Below are positions 37,955 through 49,800 of a stretch of DNA of 64,000 bases, piece after piece. Made by a program: the position numbers and the translations under genes. A model generated the notes under the pieces. The model did no database searches. It saw only the letters and a program-made list of their open reading frames with translations, and was not told the DNA's origin. Where the stretch lies: the NCBI GenBank assembly GCA_934635385.1, contig CAKTZI010000020.1, positions 1,820 through 65,819 of the forward strand. The letters run 5' to 3'. This stretch comes from an uncultured Kiritimatiellota bacterium (GTDB lineage Bacteria; Verrucomicrobiota; Kiritimatiellia; RFP12; UBA1067). Numbering within the stretch: position 1 is the stretch's first letter; each line of letters opens with the position of its first letter.

Positions 37955-40675
37955 TTAGAGGCCGTGTCGTCCGAAGCCCGTGACCGCTTTTCGCAGGATT
38001 CCGAGCGCCGCCGGGACAAGTGCGGAGGCGACGAAAAGCACCGCCCAGTCCGCCGGGCGCAGGGGCACGACGTCGAAGAGCCGCCCGCCGAACGTGACGA
38101 GCGCGGCCTGTCCGAGAAGGATCAGCAGGGCGACGCCCACGAAGACGCGGCAGCCCGCGAAGTCGAGCGGCGCGCCGCCGCCGAACGTCCGCACCCGGAA
38201 GACGTTCCAGAACTGCAGCAGCACGAAGAAGGTGAAGAAGACCGTCAGCTCGTAGGTACTCAGTCCTGTCGCGGCGACGGAGGGCGGCAGCAGCAGCGCC
38301 CGGATCTCGTGGCCCCGGAGGAAGGCGAGCGCGCCGAGCAGGATGGCCGTGAAGAGCGTCCCCGTCAGCACGAGGTCGATGCACATCGCGCGCGAGACGA
38401 TGAACGCCCCGCGCGGGCGCGGACGCTCGCGGAGGACGGCCTCGGACGGCGGCAGCGACGCCATCGCCATCGCCGCGAACGTGTCCATGATGAGGTTCAC
38501 CCAGAGCATCTGCGTGACGGAGAGCGGCGACTTCGTGCCGACGAACGCGCCGACGAGCACCGTCAGGCAGGCGACGACGTTCACGGTCGTCTGGAAGAGG
38601 ATGAAGCGCTGGATGTTGCGGTAGAGCGAGCGTCCCCAGACGACGGCGCGGACAATCGAGGCGAAGGAGTCGTCGAGGATCGTGACGTCCGACGCCTCCT
38701 TGGCGACGCTCGTGCCGTCGCCCATCGAGAGCCCGACGTGGGCGGCCTTGAGGGCGGGCGCGTCGTTTGTGCCGTCGCCCGTGACGGCGACGACCTCGCC
38801 GGCGCGGCGCAAGGCCTCGACGAGCCGCTTCTTGTCCAGCGGACGCGCCCGCGCGATGATCTTGAGCCGTCCGACGCGGCGGTCGAGCGCGGCATCGTCG
38901 AGCGCGGCGAATTCAGGCCCGGTGATGAGAGCGTCGTCGCCGTCGGCATCCGTCCAGAGCCCGATCTGGCGGGCGATCTCGCGGGCCGTGGCGGGCGTGT
39001 CGCCCGTGACGACCTTCACGGCGATGCCGGCGCCGAGGCAGTCCGCGATCGCCTTCGGCACGTCCGGGCGCACGGGGTCGGCGATGCCCACGAGGCCGAG
39101 GAACGCGAGCGGACCCCGGAGGCCGGAGAGCCCGTCGGCGGAAATCGGGCTCTCGCCGTCCGCCAGCTCCCGCCAGGCAAACCCCAGCGTCCGCAAGGCC
39201 CGGCCCTGGCAGTCGAGCAGCCGCGCGCGCACGGCGGCGTCCGACGCCGCGTCCGCCCCGCAGAAGCCAAGCACGATCTCCGGCGCGCCCTTCACGTAGA
39301 GGACGCGGCGGCCCGGACGCGCGGCGGACGCCACGACGCTGGCCATGTACTTGCGCTCCGTGCAGAACGGCAGCTCGGCCTCGTGCGGCGCCCGGGCGCG
39401 GAGCGCCCGGCAGTCGAGGCCCTGCCCGTGAAGCCAGAGGAGGAGCGCGCCCTCGGTCGGGTTCCCGAGCGGTTCGGGCGCGGACGGATCCGAGAGGTCG
39501 AGGGTCGCCGTCGCGTTCGCCGCCACGCCTTCGCAGACGAGCGCGCCGAGCGTCCCCGGCTCCGCCGAGAGGCGGACGCCCGCCTCCAGCCCGTCGAAGT
39601 GCGCCTCCTGCACGCGCATGCGGTTCTGGGTCAGCGTGCCCGTCTTGTCCGTGCAGATCACGGTCGCCGCGCCCATCGTCTCGCAGGCGTGGAGGCGGCG
39701 GACGAGGAGCTTGGCCCTGAACATCCGCCGCATGCTGTAGGCGAGGCTCAGCGTGACGGCCATCGGCAGGCCCTCCGGCACCGAGACGACGACGAGCGTG
39801 ACGGCCAGCATGAGCGACTGCAGGAGGTAGGCGAACAGGTGCGCGGGCGCGGTCGCCTGCCAGACGGCGAGGGGATCCGTCCCGAAGAAGGCGGCCAGGC
39901 GGCCGACAATGACGAGCGCGGCCAGGACGTAGCTGACGCGGGAGATCGCGCGGGCGAGGCCGGCGAGCTGCTCGTCCAGCGGCGTCTTCACGGAGTCGTC
40001 GATGCGGGCGGCCGCGAAGACCCGGCCGTTCTCCGTGCCGTCGCCGACGGCCGTCACGCGCATCGTGCCGTGGCCCTCCATCACCTTCGTGCCGCGCAGG
40101 ACGCGGTTCGAGGGAAACGTCGCCTCCGCGTCGAAGGCGCGCGGATCCGTCGTCTTGCGGCAGGCCGGCTCGCCCGTGAGGGACGACTCGTCCACGCTCA
40201 GGGCGACGGCCTCCAGCAGGTCGCCGTCCGCCGGGACCTCGCACCCGGTCGCGAGCGTGACGACATCGCCGACGACGACATCCCGGCGCGGGACGCGGCA
40301 CGGGCCGCCGGCGCGGACGACGTCGACCGGCTCGTCGTCGCTGACCTGGTTGAGGATGTCGAACGCCCGCTCCGCGCGCGTCTCGAAGAGGAAGGAGAGC
40401 CCCGTCGCGAGAAGGACGGCCGCGAAGATGCCGCCCGGCTCGAAGAAGACCGCCCAGCCCGCGCCCAGGGCCAGCCGCTCGTAGAGCGCGATGCCGGCGG
40501 ACAGCGCGCCCGCGACGAGCAGGATGACGATCAGCGGATCGCCAAGGCGCGCAAGGAACTTCCGCCACAGCGGCTCGCGCGAGGGCGGCGTGAGGACGTT
40601 CGTCCCGTGTTCCGCGCGGCTGCGCGCGACTTCGGCCTCCGTGAGGCCCTTTGCTGCATCTGTCTTCTCGTTCAT
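37955..40675 (-). CDS. P-type ATPase, Ca2+-transporting type (P2); start at MNEKTD
   Basis: ICTDKTGTLTQN phosphorylation motif, VTGDGTNDAPALK hinge and 10 TM helices. Confidence 0.9.
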   Translation of the reverse strand: MNEKTDAAKGLTEAEVARSRAEHGTNVLTPPSREPLWRKFLARLGDPLIVILLVAGALSAGIALYERLALGAGWAVFFEPGGIFAAVLLATGLSFLFETRAERAFDILNQVSDDEPVDVVRAGGPCRVPRRDVVVGDVVTLATGCEVPADGDLLEAVALSVDESSLTGEPACRKTTDPRAFDAEATFPSNRVLRGTKVMEGHGTMRVTAVGDGTENGRVFAAARIDDSVKTPLDEQLAGLARAISRVSYVLAALVIVGRLAAFFGTDPLAVWQATAPAHLFAYLLQSLMLAVTLVVVSVPEGLPMAVTLSLAYSMRRMFRAKLLVRRLHACETMGAATVICTDKTGTLTQNRMRVQEAHFDGLEAGVRLSAEPGTLGALVCEGVAANATATLDLSDPSAPEPLGNPTEGALLLWLHGQGLDCRALRARAPHEAELPFCTERKYMASVVASAARPGRRVLYVKGAPEIVLGFCGADAASDAAVRARLLDCQGRALRTLGFAWRELADGESPISADGLSGLRGPLAFLGLVGIADPVRPDVPKAIADCLGAGIAVKVVTGDTPATAREIARQIGLWTDADGDDALITGPEFAALDDAALDRRVGRLKIIARARPLDKKRLVEALRRAGEVVAVTGDGTNDAPALKAAHVGLSMGDGTSVAKEASDVTILDDSFASIVRAVVWGRSLYRNIQRFILFQTTVNVVACLTVLVGAFVGTKSPLSVTQMLWVNLIMDTFAAMAMASLPPSEAVLRERPRPRGAFIVSRAMCIDLVLTGTLFTAILLGALAFLRGHEIRALLLPPSVAATGLSTYELTVFFTFFVLLQFWNVFRVRTFGGGAPLDFAGCRVFVGVALLILLGQAALVTFGGRLFDVVPLRPADWAVLFVASALVPAALGILRKAVTGFGRHGL

Positions 40676-40684
40676 GGAAGAGTT

Positions 40685-40696
40685 ATTATACCAAAA
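40685..40696 (-). promoter_or_regulatory. Extended -10 promoter TTTTGGTATAAT, 9 nt upstream of the ATPase ATG (leaderless-like)
   Basis: Reverse complement reads ccTTTTGGTATAATaactcttccATGAACGAG. Confidence 0.55.
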
Positions 40697-40784
40697 GGGA
40701 TGATTTGGCGCAAATCTGACTAAATAAACGATTTTTGACATATTTCAATAACATATAGCCACAATAACCGCATAAAGGGATGAT

Positions 40785-40806
40785 AGGGATTTGTTAGAAT
40801 AAATCC
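40785..40806. terminator. Stem-loop GGGATTTgttagaatAAATCCC in the AT-rich junction just downstream of the giant ORF
   Basis: Inverted repeat read directly. No clear U-tract, so low confidence. Confidence 0.3.
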
Positions 40807-40850
40807 CATATCACCCAAATATGCCCATGTTTCTTGTGACTTTCTTGCGA

Positions 40851-43800
40851 CTATTTGCGCCTTTCCGCGCGGATTTTCTCAATCAGTTTTGCCTTGCCGC
40901 GCTCGATGTCGGAGAGCAATGAGGCATCGACTTCATGGCCCTCCTTCTCGTCCCTCATCGCCCTTGCCTCGTCCCTGCGGATCTGCGCAATGTCGGCGGC
41001 GATGTCCTCGCGCACGCCCTCGCGCATGAGCGGATTTTCGGCAACGATGCTGTCGAGCAGAAGCCTCCTGTTCTGTTCGTCGAGAAGCTCGTCTTTCTCG
41101 ATGGCGTCGTATTCTCTCTTGGAGTCCAGGAATCGATTGGAGAGAATGGCGTAATCGTCTTTGCGGTACGTCCCCTTGCCGATGCCGAACATCGTCAGCC
41201 CCGCGCCGAGGAATGCCGTAGCCCACGCACGGTCTTCAATGCCGTTCTCGTAGATGGAATGCCCCGCATCGCGGAGCGAGATCGGCGCAAACGACAGCAA
41301 CAGTTCGGCCGCGCCGTAGTCCTGCCCTGTGTAGTCCTTCCCGGACAGTGCGGAGAAAGCATTGCTCACGAGCGGCGTGAGACGGCCCTTTGCGAAATGG
41401 GCAACCTCTCCGAACATGTCGCGCACTTTGGCCTGTTTCCCAGTAGCAGTCTCGTATGCGCCCGTCACAAGTCGGTTGCCGAGGCGCAGAAACGCCACGG
41501 AGCCGCCCGTGAGGTCAAGCTGCGTGTGCCGTATGCGTGGTGCAACGAGCATTTGCAGCCGTTTCACGGGGCCGGCATGGGCGAATTCGTCCTTCTGGTC
41601 GTCGGTCGCGAACAATGCCGTGAGCAGAGAGCCAAGTAGAATCGCGCCAAGATTCGAGCGCACGAATTCGCCGAGCCCAATCCTCGACATTGTAAGACGT
41701 TCCTTGAACGTACCCGAACCGTCCTCTTCCGCACTTGCCGTCCACGAATGCCATACCTGATACCCGATGAGCCGCTTCAACTGCGAATCGACAAGGCCAG
41801 GAGCCCAGAACACTTTGCCAAGTATGCGCCGGTTGTCCTTTGAGAGCGTGCCGGAACCGTTCATGACGTTTATCATGTCGCAAAGCATCTTCTTCTGGAA
41901 TACGGTTGCCCCGCCGGGGAAGAGTTTCGGATCGTTGACGATCGTGGAATAGAGGCTTGCGGACACGGCGTTGATGTATGTCGCATAGAGCCGGTCAGAG
42001 TTCTCTATGGACGTGCCGTAGAACGGAATATCGGTAAAGCGGAGCGCCTTGCCGCCAATCGTAAACGGCTTGTCGATTGCGTCAAACAACTCCACGCGCT
42101 CGCCGCGACTGGTCGAATCGGAAACCTTCTTCCAACGAAGCCAGCCGTTGTCCACGGCCTCCTTCACGGAAGCGTCGGAGAGAAGATCGAGTTCTATGTT
42201 CTCCGCGTTGATCCTGCTCTTGAACGCCGAAATCGTCTTTGCGAAGTTCGCCGCAACGATTTTCGGATGCGCCATGAGGATCGTACCCGTCTGGTTGCCT
42301 ACCTGCGTGAAGTCGAGCGAAGCCGTAGCCATCTTCCACACGCCGTCCACGAAACGGTAGGCATCGCCCATGAAACGGACGAACTTGGGCTTGCGGGCAT
42401 CCGCAGCTTCACGCCGCAAGTCGGCAAGCTTGCGGTGGGCCCTGTTCATCTGCTCGGCCATCGCCTCGTACCGCTTCTGCATTTCCGGCGGCATGGGCGG
42501 CTGCGGCTTCTTCTGCGGGCGCAGGTCGCCACGGACAATGCGTTCGGCAAGACGCGCAATCGCCTTTTCGCGATTTGCCATCTTGCGAGCGTTGTAGGCG
42601 GAAAGCTCTTCCGGCGTCAGGCCGAACTCGTACTTCGCCTTTTTGAGTTCGCGAATCTGGTTGCGCACCTCGGACAGCCTTTCTCGCAGAGCGTCAAGCG
42701 TGGGCGACTCGGCCCTTGGACGCCTTGCCTTCTTCGAGAAGTCGCCGGAACGCGCGCGGTCGAGATCGGCCAGCGCGTGTTCAAGTTCCCTGCCGAGAAG
42801 CCGTTCCGCAAGCTTCACGCGCTGCGCATCGGTCATCCCATGTTCAGTCCTGAAAAGCTCGTCATAGGTCTTCTGGAGTTCGTCCTTCCGCTTTCTCAGT
42901 TCGCGCAGTTCGATGTCCTCCATCACCGTGCGCTCTCGCCCGGGGATCTTCTCCCCCGTCTCGATTGCACGTTCAAGGTCTGCGATGCGGTTCTTCACGC
43001 GCGTCTTTGCGGATTCGAGGACGCCCTTCAGCCTCCGTGCGTCGCGTCCCGCATCCGGGACCTCCTTCTTGCGCTCCTGTACCTGCTTCTGCAGGTTTCG
43101 CGTCGTGTCGGACGGCTCGTCGCGCACCATGCCCGTAAGGGGCGGCATGGTGTTATTCTCGTCCATCCAGTCCATCTGCCGCTTGAGGCGAGACTGGGAA
43201 CGCAGGTCGTTCATGAGGCGCTGCGCCTCGTAGCGGGATTGCCGGAAGTTGTGGCCGAATCCCGTGAGCGCGTCGCGTACCTGATTCTCGTCCACGCCGT
43301 CCATGAACGGCGAGATGTCCTCCACGATTGCCTTGATGCACTCGTCTTCCGTGATGTCGGGATTCTCGAAGCAGTGGTATTCTCCGATTGCGCGGAGCCA
43401 CTTGCCCCAAGCCGGGTACTGCTGATCGGAAAGTCCGACAAGTGTGCCGCCGACCTCCGCAGAGCCGACCTCGATCTGGGCAAGCGCGTCGTTGTAGTTC
43501 CGCATGACGCGCTTCACCTCGTCACCGGGATTGCGCTCCGCCACCTTGCGAATCCTGTCGCCTCGTTTGATCTGCTCGACAATCTTCTCCGCCTGTGCCT
43601 TCAAACGTGCGGTGGCGAGATCCCTCCCCTCTTCGTCAAGCGTGGCAAATCCGTTGGCAATCTCCCGAATCTTCGCGTCCATTTCAGGCGCGATCTTGTC
43701 GGCACCGCCGAGGATTGCGGCCACCTGTCCCGAAATGCCGGCATACGAGAAGTCCGTCTGGTCGATGAGTCCACGGTTCGAGCGCAGCCGACGGCCAGCC

Positions 43801-46800
43801 TCCGAAGAACTCCGCGTCAGCGCAAGCCCGGTCTCGTACATGAGCGACTTCGCCTGTGCGAGCTGGGACATGGCCTCGCCATATTCGCGCGCGACCTTCT
43901 TCTGATTCTCGCCAAAGCCAGCGTCACGTTCGTCTTGGGGAATCGCATTGAACGCATCAAGCGTCTCTTTGAGTCCGTTCACGACAGACTGCGCCGCGTT
44001 TACCGCCGCCTGGCGACGGCGGAACAGGACATTGAGCGCATTGTTCTCGTAATCCGCGATGTTGCGCGGGAACTTCGCCACCGCACGGGAGAGTTTCTCC
44101 ATGTAGGACGGATTCGACAAAAGGGCCTCTGCCTGTTCCCACGCCGTCTCGTCCGGCTTGCGGACATGCTTCGGCGGTTCCATCCCTGCAGCCTTTAGGG
44201 CGGTTGCAATCTCGTCGTTCGTCATGCCGTACACCTCGCGCATGACCTGCTCCGTCGGTGTCTTGTCCTCCGCTTCGGAGTATTTCTCCTCCGCTGGCGT
44301 AAGGTTCGGCGTGTCGAAGTCAACCTGTCCGACTGAAAGCGTATCGACGCTCGGATATTCGCCCTTGCTGTTCGGTTTCAGGTGCGGGCGCAAATCAGCG
44401 GTCTTCGTCGCGGCGTTCTTCGGGCGGGCAAAGTCCTCCGCGTCCATGAGCGGAATCAGTTCCCTGACGGTCGGCGCGGAAAAGCTCTTCGCGTCACTTT
44501 CACGACGTGCAACGTACTTCTGTCCGTTTCCGGACTTCGTGATGAGCCAGTTGCCGTATGCCGCCGCCTTGCGGTTCTCGACCGCCTGAATGACGAGTGG
44601 CGTGATGGCCCGCTCCAGTTCCGCTTGGCGTGTGCGCAGCTTGACGAGTTCATCGCGCATCCCCTCGTAATCCTTCTGCAACCTGTCGGCATCGGCGGAC
44701 ATCTTCTTCGCCTGCCTGTCCATGTCGGCCAGCGAGTTCTCGTAGGCTTTCGCAAAGTCGGGCGACACCGTCTCGAATATCTTGCCCTTGAACGCCGTCA
44801 TTGCAGCCTGGGAGAAGTCGGGAAGGAAGCCGGAGTAGTTTATCTCACGCGCAACACCGATCATGGGGACGGCGATGTTGAACTTCTCATCGCCCCACTT
44901 GTCGTAGGTCAACACAAGCTCAACGCCGTTGAAGTCGCCGAGGACGGTCTTGTCGTCGCGTCCGTAGCGGTCTTTCGTAAGTTGCTTCGCCATCTGGGCG
45001 GAGACATAATCCGCCATGTCCTTCACCTTCTCGATGGATCGGCCGTCCGGCGTGGAGAGGGCGAACGGCTTTCCCTCGTTCTTCTTGCGCCACTCCTTCA
45101 CGCCCTCCTGTTCCCTTGCGAATTCCTCGCGGCGACGCGCCAGAATTCGGCTGTTCGCTTCCGCCCTGTCCTTGTTTCTCCGTGCGGACGAGAGGACGGA
45201 TTCCGTGTTGAGTTCGAGCTTGTGGACGCGCTTCTTCACGTCGATGAGCTCCATGAGCGCCTTGTTTCCCGAAGCAAGGCCCATGAGCATGTCGCGATCC
45301 ATCGCGCTTTCGTCCATGTCAATCTCACGGACGGAATCGTCACCGTGCATCACCTGGTCGATGAGCTTTGATTTCACGCCGATCAGCTGGTGGTTCTTCG
45401 TCTCGTAGGAGCCGATGTTGGCGTTGCCCTTCGTGAGGTAGTAGAAAATCTGCCCTTCCTTGTAGGTGTTGCCGAAGCGGATGATTCGTCCGATTGCCTG
45501 TTCGTCTTCGGACGGCTTCCATCCCGGATGCAGAAGGTGTATCGCCGCAAGCCGTTCCTGCACATTCGTCCCCTCGCCCATCTTCGGGCGTGATCCGATG
45601 AGCACGCGGACTTCGCCACTCCTCACCTTCGCGAACAGGGCGCTCTTGTTCGCGTCCTTGTCGCCCTTTGACTTGTCGATGTCCTGTATGATGGCGATCT
45701 CGTCCCTCGGTATTCCAGCCGTCACAAGCAGGCTGCGGATTTCCTCGTTGAGGTTATACGCACCTCTCGCATAAGGCATATCCTGACCGCCCGTAATGTG
45801 TGCGGCTATGTACTCGTCCGTGCCACCACTGGCGCGATTGAAGATGTCCGTGAAGACAAGTTGCGCACCACGCTCCGCCACCGTCTCGTCGTACACCTTC
45901 TTGATTTCGGACACGGCGCGGATGATCTTGTTGCCTCCGTCCTCAAAACCAAGCAGCCGTGGCGTGAGGCAGGCGTTCTTCGCGATTCGTGTCAACGTCA
46001 GATACTTGTTGCGCTCCTCGCGGCTCGGTGGAGTTGCCGCCTCATGCGCCACCATTTCCATGATGCGCTCCTGTGCAGGCGACATATCCACGTCAATCAT
46101 GTGGTATTTCGGCTTTGGACGCGGAATGTCCAGCTGATCGGGGTTTACGATGTCCACGACGCTCCGAAGGAGTTTCATCAGTTCCGGGATGTTCACGAAC
46201 GCCGAAACCTTTTCCTTCTCCTTTACCGTCTTGCCGTCAAGCGAGAATTCGCTTTCCGTTGTAATGCGCCCGAACGCATCCACGAAATCGTCGAAGTGCT
46301 TCAGCCCCTGCTCTTCAAGTTTGTTGGGGGCAAGGTATTTCAGCATGACATACGCCTCGACTACGGGCGCGTTGGAGAGCGGCGTGCCCGTCGCGAACAC
46401 GACACCTCGGTCACCGCCGTGCAGGGACTGGACGTACTGCGTCTTCATCTCCATGTCAACCGCCCGCTGGCTGTCGCCCTGCGAGAGTCCACCCGTGCGC
46501 CCCTGCCGCGTGGTGATCGGCATTCCCTTGAAATTGTGCGCCTCGTCCACGAAGAGCTGGTCCACGCCCAGTTCCTCGAACGGCACGATCTGGCTGTCGT
46601 GGTTCTCCGCGTTCGCAAGCTGTTCAAGTTTCGCCTCCAGCCGTTCGAGTTTCTTCGTGGCCTGATCGACTGAAATCCTCTCCCCGGCTTCGCGCATCGC
46701 GGCGATTGCCTCGATGAGGTCTCTCCGCTGCGCCTCCATGAATTCCTTCTGATACTCGTCGGACATGGCGAGCTTCTTGGAGAACGTGGAATGCTTCACG

Positions 46801-49800
46801 ACGATTGCGTCCCAGTCCCCGTTCGCCACCTGGGCGAAGAACGCCCGGCGGTTTTCCGGCTTTACGTCGGCCTCAGCCATTTTCAGGATGTTCGCGTTCG
46901 GAAACGCCTCCACAAACTCGTTCGTGAACTGCTCCAGCATGTGGTTCGGAACCACGTACATCGGCTTCTTGAACAGTCCCAAATGCCGTCCGAGAACGCC
47001 GATGGACTGCATTTCAAGCGTCTTGCCAGCGCCTACACAATGCGCAAGGCAGAGCGAACTGCCGCCGAGAACGCCACGGGCGATCACGTCGGACTGGTAT
47101 TCGCGGCCCTTCTTCGGCTTCTTGGGGTCGCCGCCCTCGAAGAGCTTGCCCAGCGCCGCCTCGCTCATTCCTGCGGCGCGGAACGGGAGGATGTTGTTCG
47201 GCAACTTGATCTCCACCATGTCCGTCATGACCGCATTGTAGCGTTCGTACATCGGCTCCGCCCACCGCTCGCTTGCCTGGATGAACTGCGAGAACGCATG
47301 GTGCAGCTTCTCCGCCGCGAGCTTGTTCCCCTCGGTGCGCTTCTCGTTGAGATAGCGTTTCTTGTCGATGGGATCGGTCTCGTAGTGGTTCATCGAGCCG
47401 TGGTTCAGGACGCGGCTAACGAACTCCTGCGGCGACCAGCTCGTTTCGCCCCACGGGTCTTCGTTCATGATGCGCCCGAACTCGACATTCCACTGCCCCG
47501 TCACCTCGTTCCTGCCCAGCATGATGTGCATGGACTCGGAACCGAATGCGTCGCGCAGGAAATCCTTCATGCAGTCCGTATCGACCCATGTCGCGCCGAA
47601 CTTGATTTCCGCATCCTCCAGCCGCACCATCGGCGGCTGCACCTTTTCAAGCGCCTCAACGTTCGCGCGGTAGGATTCTTCGCCCGCCTCGACGGCGGCA
47701 CGCGCCGCCGCAAGCTTCGCGCGGACGCGCCCGGAGAGGTATTCCCACGACGGTTCGAGAAGCCCCGTCTGCGGATTCTCGAAAGCGTCGCCGCCCTCTT
47801 TCAGTTTTCTGACGGCTTCCTCGTCACCCACGCCCAGCAGTTCCGCGATTCGCGGCACGTTGATTGCGCCGGACTCCGAATAGGAGATTACGAGCGCGTC
47901 CTTCGGCGTGTCGGCCTTCGTCGCCCGCTGTCCGCGAGAGATGACGCGCTTCGTGAAGATGTCGGACTTCACCACTTTGGGCTTTCCGCTTTCGTCCTTC
48001 ACGATTCGCTCAAGGGCAAGCAGCCTGTTCCCGTCCGCCTTGTCGAGAAGCACGAACGGCGAAATCCACTTGTCGTGAAGTGTTCCGTTTGCCTTCACGA
48101 AGGTGTCGTAAGCCTCGTTCAGCTTCGCCTGAAGCGGGGCAAGATCGGTTTCCACGGAGTCATTGTCCGTCATCTGCGCATCGATCACGTCCCGCATGGC
48201 CTTCCGAAGCGAAAGCAGCCCGCCCATGATCCTGTCCGGGGTTCGCCCGCGCTTTTTGAGTTCCTTGGAGAGCGAACGGTCGTTCGGGAAGACAATCGGC
48301 TCCAGCATCTCGCCGCTCTTGATGAACGGCTTGCCGTCCTTCATCGTGACGCTGCCCTGTCGCAGTCCCTCTGCGTCGTAGACCGGCGTGTGGTCTTGGC
48401 GCTCCGCGACCGCCGCGCTCTTCAGGAGCGCGTCCTTGTCGATGCCGTCCAGCGCACGGCCGATGGCCTTGCCTATCTCAGACGACAGGTCGCCCGGCAG
48501 CACGTCGGGCATGGAGTACTTCAGAATCGGCCCGAACTGGCCGCTCGCAATCTCCATCGTGCCGACAACCTGCTCCGGGTGGTCTTGGAAGTAGCCGTTG
48601 TATGTCAGCGGCTTCTCGATCCGGCCTTTGCGGCGCACCCATTCTTCAGTCTTGCCGTATTCCACGCCCTTCTCAAACGCCGCGTTGTCGGGACGGCCCT
48701 GCACCTTCTGGACGATCACGAGGTCGCTTGCGACATCCGTTCCCGCGTTTTCGGAGAAGAACCCGTTGGGGAGGCGCACAGCACCGACAATCTGCCCACC
48801 GTGCTCCGTGAGGAACTGGCGGAGAATCGGGCTTGTCTTGTCGAGTGTGCCCGTCGATGTCAGGAACGCCATCACGCCGCCCGGCCGCAGCTTGGCAAGC
48901 GTCTTGGCGAAGAAGTAGTCGTGGATCTTGAACATCCTGGACGACAGCGAACGGTCGTTGATCGGTACGTCCGCATACGGCACGTTGTCGATCGCGAAGT
49001 CGAAGAACCCGTCGGGGAACTTCGTTTCCTCGAACCCGCCGATGTTCACGCGCTGGTTCGGGAAGAGGGCCTTGAGCATTTCGCCCGTCAGGACATCCTT
49101 CTCCACGAACTGCCAGCTGACCGGCTTCTCGTATTCGCCGGCCGCGCTCGCGAAGTTGCCCGTTCCGGCGGACGGGCCGAGGAACCGCCCGCCTTTCACG
49201 CCGAGGCGGCGAAGGTTCTCATGCAGCGCCCGGACGAAGTAGACTGGCGTGTAGAACGCCGTCGAGGCGGAAGCCTTTGCCGACTCGTATTCCTTGTCGT
49301 TGAGAAGCTGCCGAAGTTCCCTGTGAAGGCCGTACGCGCCCTGGCTGATTCCGTACCTGCGGAGAACGCCGGGTACGCGCTCCGGCTCGCCCGCACGTTC
49401 AAGGGCATATGCGCTTTCAAGCCCATACCCGAACATGTCCTCGCGCAATCCGCCCCATCCGACGAACTTGGCGAGCGTGGCCTGCTCTTCCGGGGTCGCC
49501 GCGTAGTCCCGCGCTTTCAGGTCGCGGATGAGCCTTATCGCGTCGAGATTGTTGCGGACGCGCTGTGCCGTCTTCTTTTCGAGGATCGCGTCCTCGACCG
49601 ATTTCGTCATGACGAAATCGCGGCGCGTGGGATTCGGCTTTGTCGCGTCTGCGGCCTTGGCGGCACGCTTCTTTACGTGCGATACTCCGCCCTGATTCCC
49701 ATCTCCTGCGCGATCTCGCCCAGTCTCGCGTTCGCCATCCTCGGATACCGAGCGATTTCCGACGGGGCCATTTCCTTCAGCAGACGCTCTGCCGGAGTCT

